In this document: positions 42,633 through 53,021 of the stretch, piece after piece | Layout: every line of letters begins with the position of its first letter | How positions within the stretch are numbered: the stretch's first letter is position 1 | Source of the DNA: Candidatus Heimdallarchaeota archaeon | GTDB taxonomy: Archaea > Asgardarchaeota > Heimdallarchaeia > JABLTI01 | Direction: 5' to 3' | DNA: 64,000 nt | NCBI GenBank assembly: GCA_019058275.1 | Contig: JAHLVW010000103.1 | Location: 32,001-96,000, forward strand | Program-made: the position numbers and the translations under genes | Notes under the pieces: generated by a model | The model's database searches: none | What the model was told of the DNA's origin: nothing | What the model saw: only the letters and a program-made list of their open reading frames with translations

Positions 42633-43202
42633 ATGGTAAAAAGATGCGAATGGAGCGGAACAGATAAACTATATTGCGATTACCATGACAAAGAGTGGGG
42701 TGTTCCAGTTTATGATGATCAAGTGCTATTTGAATACCTAATTTTGGAGGGTGCGCAAGCAGGATTAAGCTGGAGAACTATACTCAAGAAACGTGAAAAT
42801 TACCGAGAAGCATTTGACAATTTTGACTATCAGAAAGTAGCAAAATACCACGAAAAGAAAGTTGAGGAATTATTACAGAACAGTGGTATAGTGAGAAATA
42901 GATTGAAAGTTAATTCAGCTATCAAAAATGCAAAAGCACTGTTACAAATAAGAGAAGAATTCGGTACCTTTGACAAATACATCTGGAATTATGTTGCTAA
43001 TAAACCAATACAAAATGCTTGGAAATCTCTTAGAGAGATTCCTGCTAAGACCGATTTATCTGAGCAAATTAGTAAAGACTTGAAAAAAAGAGGTTTTAAT
43101 TTTATAGGACCAACCATCATTTATGCTTTTATGCAAGCAGTTGGTATGGTTAATGATCATACAATAGATTGTTTTCGTTATAAAGAATTGAAAGAACTAT
43201 AA
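42633..43202 (+). CDS. tag: DNA-3-methyladenine glycosylase I
   Basis: RCEW, YHDKEWG, LEGAQAGLSW..IL.KR, MQAVGMVNDH...C. Confidence 0.97.
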   Translation: MVKRCEWSGTDKLYCDYHDKEWGVPVYDDQVLFEYLILEGAQAGLSWRTILKKRENYREAFDNFDYQKVAKYHEKKVEELLQNSGIVRNRLKVNSAIKNAKALLQIREEFGTFDKYIWNYVANKPIQNAWKSLREIPAKTDLSEQISKDLKKRGFNFIGPTIIYAFMQAVGMVNDHTIDCFRYKELKEL

Positions 43203-43264
43203 CAAGCTAAAAATCATCAGAAGAGCTATTTCTTTATAATCAATTTACTTATGGGTGAAAGAAA

Positions 43265-43762
43265 ATGGACTTGACAAATTATGCTAATTATCATGAATGG
43301 GCTGGAGATAAAATCAGAGCTATTCTAAAAACATTAACAGAAGAAGAGTTCACTAGAGATCTTGGAGATTTCTTTAGCTATAACACAATAAGGGATATTT
43401 GTCAGCACATGTTGTTAGCTCTGGAATTTGGTACATCATTGGCAAGTAATATCGAACCAGATGTTTTCAACGCAGAAGTAGAAAAAATAGTAAAGATGAC
43501 AGATGAGGAACTAATAGATAGATGGAAAAAAACTGATCATAAATATGCTCAAATGCTCCAAGGAGATATTTCAGGACAGGTAGTTGTTCCACCATTCTTA
43601 GGACATGAATTTACTCTTGAAAAGTATGATTTCCTTCTGCAATATATCACCCATACAACCTTTCATAGAGGACAAATCATAATTGCTCTGAAAAAACTTG
43701 GAAAAGAAGTAAAAGGAACTAACTATTTACATTATCTGTATGAAATTAGATCCCAAAAATGA
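43265..43762 (+). CDS. DinB family protein
   Basis: Y.EWA, H in helix 2, H.TFHRGQ. Confidence 0.85.
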   Translation: MDLTNYANYHEWAGDKIRAILKTLTEEEFTRDLGDFFSYNTIRDICQHMLLALEFGTSLASNIEPDVFNAEVEKIVKMTDEELIDRWKKTDHKYAQMLQGDISGQVVVPPFLGHEFTLEKYDFLLQYITHTTFHRGQIIIALKKLGKEVKGTNYLHYLYEIRSQK

Positions 43763-43842
43763 AAGAAATTTGTCTTTTTTTCTGCAATAATTTTATTATC
43801 TTACAAGTTAAAGATATATGAAATCAAACAATAATCAGCATT

Positions 43843-44751
43843 TTGGGAGAAGCTTTTTTGCAAAAAGTAGCAATTGTAACTGATGGAAGTTGTGACTTAC
43901 CAAAAGAGCTGATTGAAAAATATAACATCTTTGTTGTTCCTTTTCAAGTAATTCTTGACAAAAAAGTTTACAAGATGTATGGCGATTATGGAACTATTTC
44001 CAAGGATGAGTTCTACAATCGTCTCGAGAAAAACAAAGATTTACCTACAACTTCATTACCACCGCCAAAATTCTTCGTGGATACTTATCGAGCTGCAGCA
44101 GATTTATCAAAAACAATTGTAGGTATTATTCTCTCAGGAGAATTATCTGCTACCTTGCATACAGCTAGAATGGCATTACCATATGTTGAAGATCTTGATG
44201 TTACTTTAATTGATTCAAAAGTTGCAGCTTCTACATTAGGTACATTAGTTATAGAAGCAGCTAAAATGGCTAAAGATGGTAAAAGCAAAGAAGAGATAAT
44301 TAAAAGAATAGAAGCATTAATCCCCAAAGCAAGGTTAGCTGGGATAATGGACAACGTAGAAGCAACCTATAGAAGTGGTAGAATCTCTTGGGGTAAGAAA
44401 TTCTTAGCTCAAACATTTCAAATCAAACCAGTTGTTGGTTTTGAAAACGGATTAATAATTTCTTACGGTTCAGTAAGGGGAGGTCGAAATGAAGTCATGA
44501 AAAGGATGATGCACATGGCTACATTGGTACCAAAATATGCTGAAACTGATACTATTTTCATTTGGCATGTCAGATGTCCAGAAGATGCTCAAGCACTAAT
44601 GGAAATTATGGAAGACTATAATCCAACGAAAAAGGATATAATAATCCAAGAAGCAGGTCCTGTTATTGGAACACATGTTGGTCTATATGCACTAGCCTAT
44701 ATGTACATAGGGCATTTCGATAAAGATTGGTTAATAAAAATGAAAGAATAA
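43843..44751 (+). CDS. DegV/FakB fatty-acid-binding protein
   Basis: IVTDGSCDL, PTTSLP, LSGELSAT, IDSK, SGRI, IGTHVG. Confidence 0.92.
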   Translation: MGEAFLQKVAIVTDGSCDLPKELIEKYNIFVVPFQVILDKKVYKMYGDYGTISKDEFYNRLEKNKDLPTTSLPPPKFFVDTYRAAADLSKTIVGIILSGELSATLHTARMALPYVEDLDVTLIDSKVAASTLGTLVIEAAKMAKDGKSKEEIIKRIEALIPKARLAGIMDNVEATYRSGRISWGKKFLAQTFQIKPVVGFENGLIISYGSVRGGRNEVMKRMMHMATLVPKYAETDTIFIWHVRCPEDAQALMEIMEDYNPTKKDIIIQEAGPVIGTHVGLYALAYMYIGHFDKDWLIKMKE

Positions 44752-44764
44752 AAAAAAAGAGAAA

Positions 44765-45256
44765 TTAGATTCTAGTTCTTTTCCAGGTACCAAGTAAATA
44801 TTTCAATTGACCAAGATGTTCAGTTTCATGACTAAAATTCAACAGATACTTATCAAAAGCGATTTCTAAATCCACTTCGTTAGTAGAATCACTACCATTA
44901 ATAGTGTCATCAAGGAATTTAATAGATACGTTCTGAGTTTCATTCAGTAATTTAATAGCCTCTTCCACATTCATAAGCTCTTTTTTCTTAAACACATAAC
45001 CATCCACTGCTGGTTTATATTTTTCAATGTCTTCTTGTGTTATAAATCGCTTAAATTTGTACCCTTTGATTTTATCCGTAACCATAACCTTCTCGAAAGC
45101 AACAATGTGTGGAACTATCCATGCAACAGAATTTGATTTATCAGTTGGTTGGTAGTAATAACTATCGTCATTAAATTTCCCAAGATAATTTATTACAGAA
45201 CTTCTCAACCTGAGATAATTTGCTTTTATTAATTCAAAATCTTTCAAAGATATCAT
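44765..45256 (-). CDS. DinB_2 family protein
   Basis: NSVAWIVPHI..E, HETEHLGQ. Confidence 0.82.
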   Translation of the reverse strand: MISLKDFELIKANYLRLRSSVINYLGKFNDDSYYYQPTDKSNSVAWIVPHIVAFEKVMVTDKIKGYKFKRFITQEDIEKYKPAVDGYVFKKKELMNVEEAIKLLNETQNVSIKFLDDTINGSDSTNEVDLEIAFDKYLLNFSHETEHLGQLKYLLGTWKRTRI

Positions 45257-45379
45257 TTCCCTTGGTTTGGTTGTACTAAAAGAGAATTATATCCTTATTA
45301 AGGTTTAATTGGATAAGTTAATTTGTCTTAAAGAATTTAAGTAAAATAGTTCATAAAAAAATATGATTGCGGTTAGTTT

Positions 45380-46078
45380 GTGAAAAAAATGGTTGTATTG
45401 AAAATATTGGGATTATCTGATCTTCATTCAAGTGGAGATTTAGATGTAAGTTCATTATCTAAAATTGTAGAGAAAGAGCAAATCGATCTGATTATTGTTT
45501 CTGGTGATCTTACAACATTCGGAACTAAAAGCATTGTAAAAAATGTCTTAGTAAAATTAAATCAAATCAATAAACCAGTTTTTTATATTCCCGGAAACAT
45601 GGATTCTAGAAATTCTAGTGATTTTACTTTCGAAAATATCACTCCTTTACATGGTCGAGTTATTAATTATTTAGGATTTAATTTTCTTGGATTGGGTGCT
45701 TCTAATCCTACCTCATTTATGACTCCATATGAATTATCTGAAGAAGAACTTAAAGAGATATTAGACCAAGCACTAAATGAGCTGAGTAGTGCTGATCCAC
45801 TAATTTTTATTAGTCACACACCTCCTTTGAATTCCGAAGCTGATATCATTAGGAATGGGAAACATGTGGGAAGTTCAGTGGTAAGAGCATTTGTGGAGAA
45901 GGAAAAACCTGTTGTAATTTTATGTGGTCATATACATGAATCAAAATCAATAGCAAAAATAGCTGACACTTTATGTATAAATCCTGGAGCAGCAAGACAT
46001 AGAGATGCAACAATAATTGAAATTGAAAAAGATAGCAAAGGAAATGCTCAAGCAAATGGGCGATTAATAACCTTTTAA
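45380..46078 (+). CDS. Calcineurin-like metallophosphoesterase
   Basis: SDLH, SGD, PGNMD, HTPP, GHIHE, NPG. Confidence 0.92.
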   Translation: MKKMVVLKILGLSDLHSSGDLDVSSLSKIVEKEQIDLIIVSGDLTTFGTKSIVKNVLVKLNQINKPVFYIPGNMDSRNSSDFTFENITPLHGRVINYLGFNFLGLGASNPTSFMTPYELSEEELKEILDQALNELSSADPLIFISHTPPLNSEADIIRNGKHVGSSVVRAFVEKEKPVVILCGHIHESKSIAKIADTLCINPGAARHRDATIIEIEKDSKGNAQANGRLITF

Positions 46079-46123
46079 TCAAAAAAGAGAAAGGGAAAGG
46101 GTTTTCTAAAGTGAATTAACAAA

Positions 46124-46694
46124 TTAGAAAATTAAATGAGAAATTGTGAGTAATGAAGCCATTGCCATGCATATGAATGCATTGCTTAACAACCACCACT
46201 CTGTTCCTTTAACGTCTAATGTTCTTCTTGTCTTTCCCTTTCTATCCTTGTAAATAAATGGTACATGCATTAGAAAAGTTCCTTTCTTCTGCCCAATTCT
46301 TAATTTGCCATCTTTTAGCTTTCTAAGATCAATATTTGCGAAGTAGTCTAAGAATAAATGTGAAGCATAACCAATTAAGTATGGAATAAAGACGCTAATT
46401 AAAGGATCAAATACAATATTATATTGAGCAATTCTCCAATAGATCGTTACTCCAAATACAATTCCTGGGTAGAAAGCTGAATGAGAGACAATGTCACGAT
46501 GACTCATAAAACTAAAGTTGATCGAAATCAGGACCTTTCGAACCTATAATAGCCAACAAAAATCCAATGATGTAGAAGAACCACGTGTCTTTTGGTTGTA
46601 AACCAAAATTTCCGTTAATAAGAATAATATCTATTGGAATAAATGCTGCAGCTAAAAGAGCTCCAAATGTAACATGCGCTGTTCTGTTTGCTAT
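46124..46694 (-). pseudogene. YdjM-like membrane metal-dependent hydrolase; ATA start and frameshift near 46512
   Basis: Upstream frame (I)ANRTAHVTFG...GSKGPDFDQL joins SHRDIVSHS...SHLFLD. Confidence 0.75.
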
Positions 46695-46952
46695 TCAAAA
46701 CACATCCAAATGTTTAACCTAAAGAACCAATGGTTATAATCATCTAATACAAAAAAGAATTTCGTCTTTACTTTACGACAAAAATCTGCGGATAGCTTTA
46801 CTAAATCTAATGAATTGTGGGACTATATTCACTGAATTTTTTTTCTATTACGCTTTAATAGGTTGTTACTCATATATAGTACCATGTCACAAGCGTAATA
46901 TTGGTCGGATAGCACAATTGGGTTTTTTGAACCATTTTATGATTCACCTAAA

Positions 46953-46990
46953 AGTGAGAGGTTTTTCGAGCTTTCCTCTCACTCTCTTTT
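46953..46990 (+). terminator. Hairpin plus pyrimidine tract in intergenic region
   Basis: AGTGAGAGG-13nt-CCTCTCACT then CTCTTTTT. Confidence 0.55.
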
Positions 46991-47116
46991 TCAATTTTCT
47001 TCATTTCTAAGTATTTTCGAAGTAAAATCTTCATCTATTAAATTAATATGACTTTATCAAAAGTTCGTGAATTTACTCTTAGTTAAAAAAATTATTTTAA
47101 AATTGAAGGTGATACA

Positions 47117-47644
47117 ACGACTAAAAAAAGTAAAACTAACTCAACAAAACTACCAGTAGTTTTGGCGATAATTGGTCTATTTTTAGGTGGAGTTGGAGCG
47201 GGTTTAGGGGAATATGTGTTTATAACAAATATGCTTTCAAGTGATTACAAAACAACAGCAATTTACTATGTAGAAAAAGCTCACGCTGTATATCTGGAAG
47301 GTGGATTGATAGAAGAATTCATTCCAGATTTATTTATTCCATTTGACATTACAAAAGATGATGCTGTTTACATACAATTTGATGGTAACATTGTTTTAGG
47401 TTCAGCTGACACAAATTCGGTCATAATTAGCTTAAAAATCGATGGAATAGCAATAGATAGATATGTCATGCCAAGAGCAGAAAGGGGTATAATTGTTTCA
47501 GTTTTTCCAGTTAGTCTGCAATATTATAATGATTCCTCGACTGTTGAGGAACATGCAGTCTCTGTTTATGCAACATCAAATGGAGGATCAAATGAAAACT
47601 ACATTTTCATGAGTACATTGCTCGTGCAAATAATCAAGAATTAG
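47117..47644 (+). CDS. Membrane-anchored beta-sandwich protein; apparent ACG start
   Basis: GAAGGTGA RBS 4 nt before ACG 47117, in frame with ORF 47162-47644; N-terminal TM. Confidence 0.55.
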   Translation, partial: TTKKSKTNSTKLPVVLAIIGLFLGGVGAGLGEYVFITNMLSSDYKTTAIYYVEKAHAVYLEGGLIEEFIPDLFIPFDITKDDAVYIQFDGNIVLGSADTNSVIISLKIDGIAIDRYVMPRAERGIIVSVFPVSLQYYNDSSTVEEHAVSVYATSNGGSNENYIFMSTLLVQIIKN

Positions 47645-47685
47645 ATAGAACAATTACAAAAAAACAGAAAGAAGAGATCTATTCC

Positions 47686-48576
47686 TTAGATCTCTTTTTC
47701 ATAATAATCAATTTTACCAACTCTTGAAAAACCAAAGGATTGATACTTTTCCTCTAAAGGTAAGGTTTCTCCAGATAGAAAGAGACTGGCTTTTTCAGCA
47801 CCTAACTTCTTCATCTTACTTATGGCAAATGCTGCTAGTGAACTCATGTGCTCTTCATCTTCGTAATAGAAGTTACCAAAATTGAATTCTTTAGGATCAT
47901 TTTGACTTCGATAGGCTAAAACACGACCGACAATCTTGTCATCTTTGCGAATAACTGCATGAATTGGGAATGTCTCCTTTTCTTTGGTAATTCGCTCAAA
48001 GTTACTCTTGGCATATTCTTCTGTTGAACCAAGTTTTTCGACAAAGATTTGAATCATTTGTTCAAGATCTCGGGATTCATCAAATTCCAAAACTTCAACA
48101 TCTGCCTTGCTTTCAACAGAAAAATCTTTCACTTTTCCTTCCATTAAAATGTAAAGATCTCGAGAATAATTGTAACCCCAATCATTTGCCTTTTCCAAAG
48201 TTCCTTTATACACTTCTCCAACTCGAGTTTGCACTTTCTTAACGTCTTTTTTCTTCAGATTTTCAATAGCTTTTTCGAATAGCATTTCAGCACAATCTTC
48301 ATGTCCTTTAAGTGTTAACGGAAATTCAAGATTCGCACGTTTAATGCCATCTTCACTTTCTGGTACTATCTTTGATGTAAGAAAACCAACTAATTTATCA
48401 CCTTCAAAAGCATAGAGCTTAGTTTCGGGATCAAAATCATCTTGCGAATAAATTTGTTTCAATTGTGCAGCTGGTGTTTGACCAAAATCTTGCCAATCTT
48501 TTGTGGCTTCAGTGCCTACTTTTTCCTGTGCTTCCAAGAATTCCTCTTGGTAGCTCTTAATCTCATACTTAGGCAT
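47686..48576 (-). CDS. Tandem GNAT-fold protein
   Basis: Two halves (GDKLVGF / DDKIVGR..Y..FGF); start set at MPKYEIK to avoid overlap with 48702. Confidence 0.7.
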   Translation of the reverse strand: MPKYEIKSYQEEFLEAQEKVGTEATKDWQDFGQTPAAQLKQIYSQDDFDPETKLYAFEGDKLVGFLTSKIVPESEDGIKRANLEFPLTLKGHEDCAEMLFEKAIENLKKKDVKKVQTRVGEVYKGTLEKANDWGYNYSRDLYILMEGKVKDFSVESKADVEVLEFDESRDLEQMIQIFVEKLGSTEEYAKSNFERITKEKETFPIHAVIRKDDKIVGRVLAYRSQNDPKEFNFGNFYYEDEEHMSSLAAFAISKMKKLGAEKASLFLSGETLPLEEKYQSFGFSRVGKIDYYEKEI

Positions 48577-48701
48577 GAATAGACTATTTATAACGAATAA
48601 TATTAAGGTTAGCTCTAATGTTAAAAAATGAATAATGCTCCTCTGAACCCAAGCAAAACTAGATAAATAAGAAATAATTAAACGAAATCGAGGATCGCTA
48701 T

Positions 48702-49682
48702 TTGACAGCTGAAGAAGACAAAAAAAATACCAAAGGTTTTGAAACAATACAATTCAAATATAATGGACCAAAATGGGATGCTCACGTTCATCTCTATCAA
48801 ATAGCTGATACAGCTGATCTAGTGAAATATGCTAAAGAATACAATATCCAAAAATTCACTGCAATTGTAAGACAAGATTGGGAACTATATGAAGAAAAGT
48901 TTCCGGATTATTTTGTCTATGCTAGGTTTATAATGTCTCAGAATTTCTTTACAGGAGATCTTCAATCTGTTCTTGATGACATTCAGAAAATTCATGATGA
49001 GGGGTATCCTATCGCAAAATTCTGGTACGCACCTCGGTGGAGAAAGTATATTGAAGATCAATATAAGGTTAAAATTAAAGGTTTCAGAATTGATGATCCA
49101 AAATTAAATCCTGTTTTTAGCAAAATAGAAGATCTTGGCTTAATGATGATTTTTCATATAGCTGATCCAGATATTTTTTACGAAACAAAATACCAACCAG
49201 CAAGCTTCTATGGAACAAAGAAACAACACTTACAAGAACTAGAGAATATACTCTCTCGTCATCCTAACTTAAAAATCCAAGTGGCTCATATGGCAGGGCA
49301 ACCTGAGAATTTACCTAATCTCGGAAAATGGTTGGATAAACATCCTAATTTATATATTGATACATCCTCAGCAAAATGGATGGCTAGAGAGTTTTCCTAT
49401 AAACCTGATGATGTTACAGAATTTTTCAAACAATATCAAGATCGAATCCTTTTTGGTACAGATATTGTGACTGGTCGATCAGATAGAGAACCGATACCAG
49501 GCTACTACTATTTACGTTATCTTTCATTACTTGCATTATTAGAAACTGATGCCAGAAATCTACCATTACCTCTAGAAGATCCTGAAAACAATAATCAAAC
49601 AGTTATTAATGGTTTGAATTTACCATTGAAGGTTTTAAGGAAAATCTACTGGGATAACAGCAAGAAACTCTTCCAGAAATAA
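48702..49682 (+). CDS. Amidohydrolase_2 family protein
   Basis: DAHVH, FHIAD, AHMAG, IDTS, RILFGTD. Confidence 0.88.
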   Translation: MTAEEDKKNTKGFETIQFKYNGPKWDAHVHLYQIADTADLVKYAKEYNIQKFTAIVRQDWELYEEKFPDYFVYARFIMSQNFFTGDLQSVLDDIQKIHDEGYPIAKFWYAPRWRKYIEDQYKVKIKGFRIDDPKLNPVFSKIEDLGLMMIFHIADPDIFYETKYQPASFYGTKKQHLQELENILSRHPNLKIQVAHMAGQPENLPNLGKWLDKHPNLYIDTSSAKWMAREFSYKPDDVTEFFKQYQDRILFGTDIVTGRSDREPIPGYYYLRYLSLLALLETDARNLPLPLEDPENNNQTVINGLNLPLKVLRKIYWDNSKKLFQK

Positions 49683-49860
49683 TTATTCTTTTAATTGTAG
49701 AAATTCCAAAGGTTAATACTATAAATATAAGATATTTATTGATGGTTTGCTAATGAAATAGCAAATGATATATCAGAGTCATTTCCCCCTTATCCAAAAC
49801 CATATACAATAAAAGGAGAATTCTATAGACTGAGAGAGAAGAGAAAGAAAGAGCTAGAGA

Positions 49861-50910
49861 TTAATCAATAATAGGTATTTTTTCTGAACATGAAGGACAA
49901 CAATGATTTTTTGTTAATATATTGCTTACAAAACGACTTTGATTGCGTGTGATTACCTTCTCTTTACAACTAGGACAATAAGTATTGAGAGCTGGATGTC
50001 CTAGAATATTGCCAATATACACAAATCTCAAGCCTTCTTCCATTGCAATAGAACGAGCTTTTTCTAAAATAGCTAAAGATGTTCGAGGTTTATGGTAATT
50101 GTATGCAGGATAGTAAGCATTGAAATGAATGGGAACATCTTCATGGCAATCCTCAACAATTTTCTTCGTAATAAACCTAAAGAAATCAATTGAATCGCTT
50201 ATTTCAGTAATAACAAGAACAACAATTTCAATGTGGATTTTTCTCTCGAGAGCAATTGAGATATTCTCAAAAATATGATTGATATTTGCATCACAATATT
50301 TTTTCATATTTTCTTTCCCACCTTTTATACCTACAACCATGGCAGATAATTTAGCTGTAGTAAGCTCCTCTAGAACATCCAATGACATATACCCATTAGT
50401 TACGAAATTGCTGTAGAGGTTTGAATTGTTCTTCTTTAGAATGTTCAAAACATCAATAGCATAGTCAACTAGAAGTGTAGGTTCATTAAAAGAAAAAGAA
50501 ATGCCAGATGATCTTGGTTTTTTTAATATTGATTGGTATAGCTCTTCAGGTGAAAGTATTTCTTTAATGCCTTTTTTCGTAGGAAATGTCTTGGTGATTG
50601 TGTAATTTTGACACCATGGACAAGTAAAATTACATGACCAAGAACCAACTGTAGTTGCGAATGTTCCAGGATAGAAATGATAGAATGGTTTTTTCTCTAT
50701 TGGATTAACTGACATTGATGAAATATTCCCATAATTCAAGGATCGAATATTATATTTCGAATTGATTCTTGTTTTACACTTACCAAATGAATTATCAGAG
50801 AGAATACAACCATGACGACAAGTAGTACATTTGATTTTCTGATCTGATATCCTTTTCTGGAATCTAGTAATAGTTAAATCATTAAGAGATTGTGAATTCA
50901 TCTGGATCAT
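49861..50910 (-). CDS. amrS: AmmeMemoRadiSam-type radical SAM enzyme
   Basis: C..C...C..G.C..R.N, NPIEKKP.YHF.PG, SCNFTCPWCQN, FNEP, TNG, YIGN. Confidence 0.85.
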   Translation of the reverse strand: MIQMNSQSLNDLTITRFQKRISDQKIKCTTCRHGCILSDNSFGKCKTRINSKYNIRSLNYGNISSMSVNPIEKKPFYHFYPGTFATTVGSWSCNFTCPWCQNYTITKTFPTKKGIKEILSPEELYQSILKKPRSSGISFSFNEPTLLVDYAIDVLNILKKNNSNLYSNFVTNGYMSLDVLEELTTAKLSAMVVGIKGGKENMKKYCDANINHIFENISIALERKIHIEIVVLVITEISDSIDFFRFITKKIVEDCHEDVPIHFNAYYPAYNYHKPRTSLAILEKARSIAMEEGLRFVYIGNILGHPALNTYCPSCKEKVITRNQSRFVSNILTKNHCCPSCSEKIPIID

Positions 50911-51020
50911 TACTACAGAAGTTATATCTTATAGTAATGTATGAACAAAACATCAATTTTAAGTTTACATAGAAATTTCCAGTTTCAAATATAAGAAAAA
51001 GAGAAAAGGAAAATCTTCAC

Positions 51021-51284
51021 TTACCTGTTAGCACGATAAGCATATCTCATACGATTGTGATAACCGTAACCATAACCATTGCTACATCGAATGAAACCTT
51101 TCTTTAAAATAGTTTCACCGCAAATTTCACAAGAATAGAAATTTTGGTAGTATTTGTGTTCCTTAAGTTTAAGAGTAACTAATTGACAACAATTAGGACA
51201 GAAACGAAGTGTTTTCAATTCTTCCTTTGCTTCTCTTCACCAATCTATTAACATATCTTTATCAAAATACTCATCTTTTAGCAT
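51021..51284 (-). CDS. Small zinc-ribbon protein; in-frame TGA at 51237-51239 if ATG 51284 is the start
   Basis: FCPNC...CEICG; upstream MLKDEYFDKDMLIDW*REAKEELK with GGAGA RBS. Confidence 0.6.
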
Positions 51285-51494
51285 GGTCTCCACTCTGCTG
51301 CAATCTAAGTTTGTTTTTTACAAACAAACCTCAATAGCAACTACTCTAAATGATATTTAAGAAAGAAAAGAAAGGAACTCGTTTCTTGAATGACCGTTTT
51401 CTGTGAGTTAATTTTGATTGGAATCCCAGATAAGAATACCAAATTAAAATAAAAAAAGAAGGAAATAGATATTTCCTCAGTAATAGTTAGAATT

Positions 51495-51746
51495 CTATTT
51501 CTTGCCTTCTAAACCGTAGATACAGAAGTACCCACCTTCAAGGTCATCTCGTTTGAAAATAGGACACCCAAAACAAGTACAACCTTTGTCAACTATTTTT
51601 TCAGCAATTTCTGATTTTCCACGAGCACAAAAGAGAGCGTGTGGTGGTGACTCTTTCAATTTATTTTCCTTAAAAGTAGGACATATTCCGCAAAAATCTT
51701 TGCAGATCATCATGTTTTCTTTATTATCTTCAACGGATTTTGCCAT
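51495..51746 (-). CDS. DUF2769-like Cys-rich small protein
   Basis: C..CPTF, LFCARGKS, GC.C..CP, YFC..G. Confidence 0.8.
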   Translation of the reverse strand: MAKSVEDNKENMMICKDFCGICPTFKENKLKESPPHALFCARGKSEIAEKIVDKGCTCFGCPIFKRDDLEGGYFCIYGLEGKK

Positions 51747-51884
51747 AATTCACTACCCACCTAGTTATAGGGATTTTTCAATTCTATTAAGTATGTTTCT
51801 TAATAAATTAAAGAAATTTTATCCAGAGCTAGCGATAATACTCTTTTTTTACCTTAGATTCAAAAGTTGAAAGAAAATATAAAG

Positions 51885-52913
51885 TCATTTTCTTTTTCTT
51901 ACAATATAACTGATGATTATACATAAGGCTAGACTAGAAAAAAGTAAAGGAATACTAATTGCTAAATTGCTACTATTACCAAAAATAAAGCTGAAAAGAT
52001 TTAGATGCTCAGCGATATTTCCAAGAATGTCCTCTACAATTATGATAATACTATAATTTCCATCAGGGATTTGATGAATTGATCCTCTAAATGTATTATC
52101 TTCTAGGTTCTCAGTTAATTCAAATTTAAATGCTGATTCATATTGTGATAATTTTGAATTGTATTTATCTAGCTCGATTTTTACTGCTGCTACACCAAAA
52201 TAATCAGATGCATTAACAATTATGTATAGAGAATTATTGGAACCCGATTGGACTACTTCAATGTTATAACTATGCAAAATGGGTGGGTCTGTTTCAAATA
52301 ATCCTAAAGCTTTTACAATTCCTTGCTGGGCAATAGTATAAACAAAAACAACATCACATGTGACAAAAGGATCATCAATAACAATTTCATCTGGAATGAA
52401 ATTAGCACCAGCTTGCATAATTTCAGTCCTTACACCAATATTACCACTGATATTCCTACCGGATATTATATCAGCAAAAGCAAATACAACAGGTCCAGCA
52501 CAAATTGCTGCCATGATTAGACCACTGTTATAAGCTTCAACTACCAATTCTAATGCATCAGGATTATCTATTACATTCCCAACACCTACACCTCCAGGTG
52601 TATATAGGAATTCATACCTAGAGACATTATTAATATTATTAATTAAAATATCAACTTCTATCATAGGACCTCCACCTGAAATAACAGTATAATTGGGTCC
52701 TACAACAGTTATTTTACATCCAAGATCTTCTAATATTTCCTTAGGAATTTGAAACTCTCGATAATCTGAATAATCAGCAACTAAGAATATCCCTTGAACA
52801 TTATCAAGAGGTTTAGATACAGTAGCTGATTTGGTATGATAAGTAAAAGAAATGATTAATTGGAGAAATAAGAATAACACGATAAGAGTTACTTTTAATT
52901 CCTTTTTTACCAA
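51885..52913 (-). CDS. Surface-anchored DJ-1/PfpI family protein
   Basis: Signal peptide, PGG.G, AAICAGP, Ig-like region, C-terminal TM plus RKRK. Confidence 0.85.
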   Translation of the reverse strand: MVKKELKVTLIVLFLFLQLIISFTYHTKSATVSKPLDNVQGIFLVADYSDYREFQIPKEILEDLGCKITVVGPNYTVISGGGPMIEVDILINNINNVSRYEFLYTPGGVGVGNVIDNPDALELVVEAYNSGLIMAAICAGPVVFAFADIISGRNISGNIGVRTEIMQAGANFIPDEIVIDDPFVTCDVVFVYTIAQQGIVKALGLFETDPPILHSYNIEVVQSGSNNSLYIIVNASDYFGVAAVKIELDKYNSKLSQYESAFKFELTENLEDNTFRGSIHQIPDGNYSIIIIVEDILGNIAEHLNLFSFIFGNSSNLAISIPLLFSSLALCIIISYIVRKRK

Positions 52914-53021
52914 TCAAATCCCCTTGTAATGTTTCTATATACTGGGGAATTAAAAAGAAATTCATAAGTCCAGAATTTTTCCTAAACTAAAAGAAGGAAA
53001 AGGAATAAGGGATTTTAATCC

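Noticed and set aside
48577-48747. N-terminal extension of the 47686 ORF
   Set aside because: It overlaps the divergent 48702 gene and promoter region; ATG 48576 is more plausible
8224-51239. Selenocysteine or TGA recoding
   Set aside because: TGAs fall in HEAT, TPR and HD contexts rather than redox Cys positions, no SECIS was recognised, and TGA ends many intact genes
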